NCBI RefSeq assembly: GCF_049243625.1
Contig: NZ_CP046975.1
Origin: Corynebacterium amycolatum
Lineage (GTDB): Bacteria; Actinomycetota; Actinomycetes; Mycobacteriales; Mycobacteriaceae
Length of the DNA stretch: 32,000 bases
Direction: 5' to 3' (one strand)
The notes under the pieces are model-generated. The model had not been told where the DNA came from. It searched no databases and saw nothing but the letters and a program-made list of their open reading frames with translations. This document shows, one piece after another, positions 29,760 to 32,000 of this stretch (the first letter of the stretch is position 1; every line of letters begins with the position of its first letter). A program made the position numbers and the translations under genes.

Positions 29760-31226
29760 GTGGCGGATCCGAATAAGCTGCCGACAGGCGGTGCAAACGG
29801 CTCCGCCGATGACGCTCCAGGGCTTTTCGACGAGCCTTCGATTGCCGGCCCTGCGGCGGCCAAGAGCCAAGGTCGGGGTGCGGGGCCAGCAAGCACTGGC
29901 CTGAACTCCGATGCGAACACCTATTTCCACCCAGGTGCACATGCGCCATTGGCTGTTCGGATGCGACCGCGAAACCTGGATGAAGTCGTTGGTCAAGACC
30001 ACCTGCTAGCACCCGGAGCACCGTTGCGCCGTCTGGTCGAGGGGGGCGGCGACACCTCCGTTATTCTGTTTGGCCCTCCTGGAACTGGCAAGACCACTCT
30101 TGCCAGTTTGATTTCCGCGGCGACCGGTCGACACTTTGAAGCGCTTTCCGCGCTTAATGCCGGGGTGAAGGAAGTGCGTGCGGTTATCGATACTGCTCGT
30201 CGCACGCTCGTTAATCAGGGCATTCAAACGGTGCTCTTCATCGACGAGGTGCACCGCTTCTCTAAGACCCAGCAGGATGCCCTGTTGGGTGCCGTGGAAA
30301 ATCGGATTGTCCTTCTCGTTGCGGCAACGACGGAAAACCCATCCTTCTCAGTGGTGTCCCCGCTGCTCAGTCGATCACTGTTGTTACAGTTGCAGCCACT
30401 GGATGACGAAGCCGTCGGCACGCTCATTGATCGAGCACTTACTGATGAGCGCGGCCTCAATGGTCGCGTCAGTATTACAGACGATGCACGTAATCAACTC
30501 ATTGCGCTGGCAGCTGGTGATGCTCGTCGTTCCCTCACGTACCTCGAGGCAGCCGCAGAAGCCGTAGCCGACGGTGAGCAGATTACCTCTGAGTCGCTTG
30601 CCAATTCGATCAACAGGGCCGTGGTTCGCTATGACCGCGATGGCGACCAGCATTACGACGTCACCAGCGCGTTTATTAAGTCCGTTCGAGGGTCTGATGT
30701 CGATGCTGCCCTGCACTACTTGGCGCGGATGATTGAGGGTGGGGAAGACCCTCGGTTTATTGCCCGCCGAATCGTAATTCTGGCTAGCGAAGACATCGGT
30801 ATGGCAGACCCGACAGCACTGCAAACCGCCGTCGCCGCGGCGCAGGCCGTTGCCTTGATAGGCATGCCGGAAGCCCGGCTGACGCTGGCGCAGGCCACGA
30901 TTCACTTGGCCACGGCACCGAAATCCAATTCGGTCATAAGCGCAATCGACGGGGCGTTGAAGGATGTTCGTTCCGGGAAGACCGGGCCGGTGCCACCGCA
31001 TTTGCGCGACGGACATTACAGCGGGGCTAAGGACCTTGGTCACGCGGTGGACTATATCTACCCGCACAATGACCCCATGGGTGTCGTTGCCCAACAGTAT
31101 CCACCAGATCAGTTGGTGGGCACTGATTATTTCGTTCCATCCAATCATGGTCGTGAAAACGGCATGGCTGAGTACCTCGGACGCATTCGCCGAATTATCC
31201 GGGGGAGCCGCCGGAAATCGAAGTAG
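29760..31226 (+). CDS. rarA: Replication-associated recombination protein A (MgsA/RarA AAA+ ATPase)
   Basis: Contains [21 protein letters not shown], Walker [10 protein letters not shown], Walker B FIDEVHRF and the C-terminal [30 protein letters not shown] start lies 7 nt after the upstream stop. Confidence 0.95.
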   Translation: MADPNKLPTGGANGSADDAPGLFDEPSIAGPAAAKSQGRGAGPASTGLNSDANTYFHPGAHAPLAVRMRPRNLDEVVGQDHLLAPGAPLRRLVEGGGDTSVILFGPPGTGKTTLASLISAATGRHFEALSALNAGVKEVRAVIDTARRTLVNQGIQTVLFIDEVHRFSKTQQDALLGAVENRIVLLVAATTENPSFSVVSPLLSRSLLLQLQPLDDEAVGTLIDRALTDERGLNGRVSITDDARNQLIALAAGDARRSLTYLEAAAEAVADGEQITSESLANSINRAVVRYDRDGDQHYDVTSAFIKSVRGSDVDAALHYLARMIEGGEDPRFIARRIVILASEDIGMADPTALQTAVAAAQAVALIGMPEARLTLAQATIHLATAPKSNSVISAIDGALKDVRSGKTGPVPPHLRDGHYSGAKDLGHAVDYIYPHNDPMGVVAQQYPPDQLVGTDYFVPSNHGRENGMAEYLGRIRRIIRGSRRKSK

Positions 31227-31291
31227 GCGAGATCGGTCGGGATCTACGGGGTGCCGGTGGGGTGGTTTTAAAGTTGCTCGAACCGAGCGGG

Positions 31292-31297
31292 TAGACT
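31292..31297 (+). promoter_or_regulatory. Candidate alaS -10 box (TAGACT)
   Basis: ggTAGACTgc lies about 58 nt upstream of GTG 31355. Confidence 0.3.
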
Positions 31298-31354
31298 GCT
31301 AGTTTTGTATTAAACATCTCGGACGCTCGACGTGAAACGAGGAAGTAGAACACC

Positions 31355-32000
31355 GTGCAGACTCATGAAATTCGAAATCGCTTCATCCAGCATTTCGTAA
31401 AGGCGGGACACACCGAGGTCCCCAGTGCCTCCCTGGTTTTGGATGACCCGAACCTGCTGTTCGTTAATGCCGGCATGGTGCCGTTCAAGCCCTACTTCCT
31501 CGGCAATGAGACTCCGGACTTCTCCACCGCGACCTCGATTCAGAAGTGCGTGCGCACACTGGACATTGAAGAGGTGGGTATCACCACTCGCCACAACACC
31601 TTCTTCCAGATGGCGGGTAACTTCTCATTCGGAAATTACTTCAAGGAAGGTGCCATCACTCATGCATGGAGCCTTCTGACTGGTGCTGTTGAGGACGGCG
31701 GCTTTGGCATCCCGGCTGAGAAGCTGTGGGTAACGGTTTTCCTCGACGACGATGAGGCCCATGACATCTGGCACGAGAAGGTTGGTGTACCGGAGGAGCG
31801 CATTCAGCGCCGAGGTATGGCGGACAACTACTGGTCCATGGGTGTACCTGGCCCGTGTGGTCCGTGCTCAGAGATTTTCTACGATCGCGGCCCGGAGTAC
31901 GGTGCTGATGGTGGCCCAGAGGCCGACGAGGATCGCTACATCGAGATTTGGAACCTCGTCTTCATGGAAAACGAGCGTGGCGAAGGAACAGGCAAGGACT
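31355..32000 (+). CDS. alaS: Alanine--tRNA ligase (3' end beyond window)
   Basis: This gene is absent from the ORF track because no stop falls in the window. My own translation from GTG 31355 (SD gaggaag) gives [50 protein letters not shown], then [15 protein letters not shown] and [20 protein letters not shown]. The frame stays open to base 32000. Confidence 0.95.
   Translation, partial: MQTHEIRNRFIQHFVKAGHTEVPSASLVLDDPNLLFVNAGMVPFKPYFLGNETPDFSTATSIQKCVRTLDIEEVGITTRHNTFFQMAGNFSFGNYFKEGAITHAWSLLTGAVEDGGFGIPAEKLWVTVFLDDDEAHDIWHEKVGVPEERIQRRGMADNYWSMGVPGPCGPCSEIFYDRGPEYGADGGPEADEDRYIEIWNLVFMENERGEGTGKD

Noticed and set aside
31248-31265. G-rich tract (ggggtgccggtggggtgg) after rarA as a possible G-quadruplex
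   Set aside because: Two of the four runs are only GG. At best this gives a weak two-tetrad structure, which is unremarkable in GC-rich DNA.
1-32000. Window-wide search for CRISPR repeats, IS inverted repeats, integrase or transposase genes, tRNA/rRNA genes, toxin-antitoxin pairs or defence-island content
   Set aside because: I found none by eye. Every large ORF is a recognisable housekeeping or conserved gene in mycobacterial/corynebacterial order, with no compositional discontinuity.

Overview
This window looks like a densely packed, syntenic core-chromosome segment of a GC-rich actinobacterium of the order Mycobacteriales, most like Corynebacterium. The gene order is PCuAC copper chaperone, DyP peroxidase, thrS, HIT, PI-phosphate synthase, PIM acyltransferase, pimA, pdxS-tesB-pdxT, yebC, ruvCAB, yajC-secDF, apt-rel, cyclophilin, MBL hydrolase, hisS, aspS, rarA, alaS. 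As I recall it, this mirrors the M. tuberculosis Rv2614c-to-Rv2555c region. I call 30 protein-coding genes: 26 on the + strand, 4 on the - strand, and 2 cut by the window edges. I also call four intrinsic-terminator hairpins, a few -10 promoter candidates, a putative LexA box upstream of ruvC, and one 12-bp tandem duplication. By eye I found no rRNA, tRNA, CRISPR array, IS element, transposase, integrase, phage gene or recognisable defence gene. I also saw no compositional break that would suggest an island. I do not see a convincing novel multi-gene system here, and the region looks ordinary. The least explained items all score modestly. They are a 309-bp GC-rich structured spacer between yajC and secD, a small 2-TM protein with a basic C-terminal domain between the cyclophilin and MBL genes, an uncharacterised APH-fold kinase-like gene 7 bp upstream of rarA, tesB wedged between pdxS and pdxT with coupled junctions, and the copper-chaperone/DyP pair. 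Several start codons are chosen by homology logic or SD spacing and are less certain than the stop coordinates.
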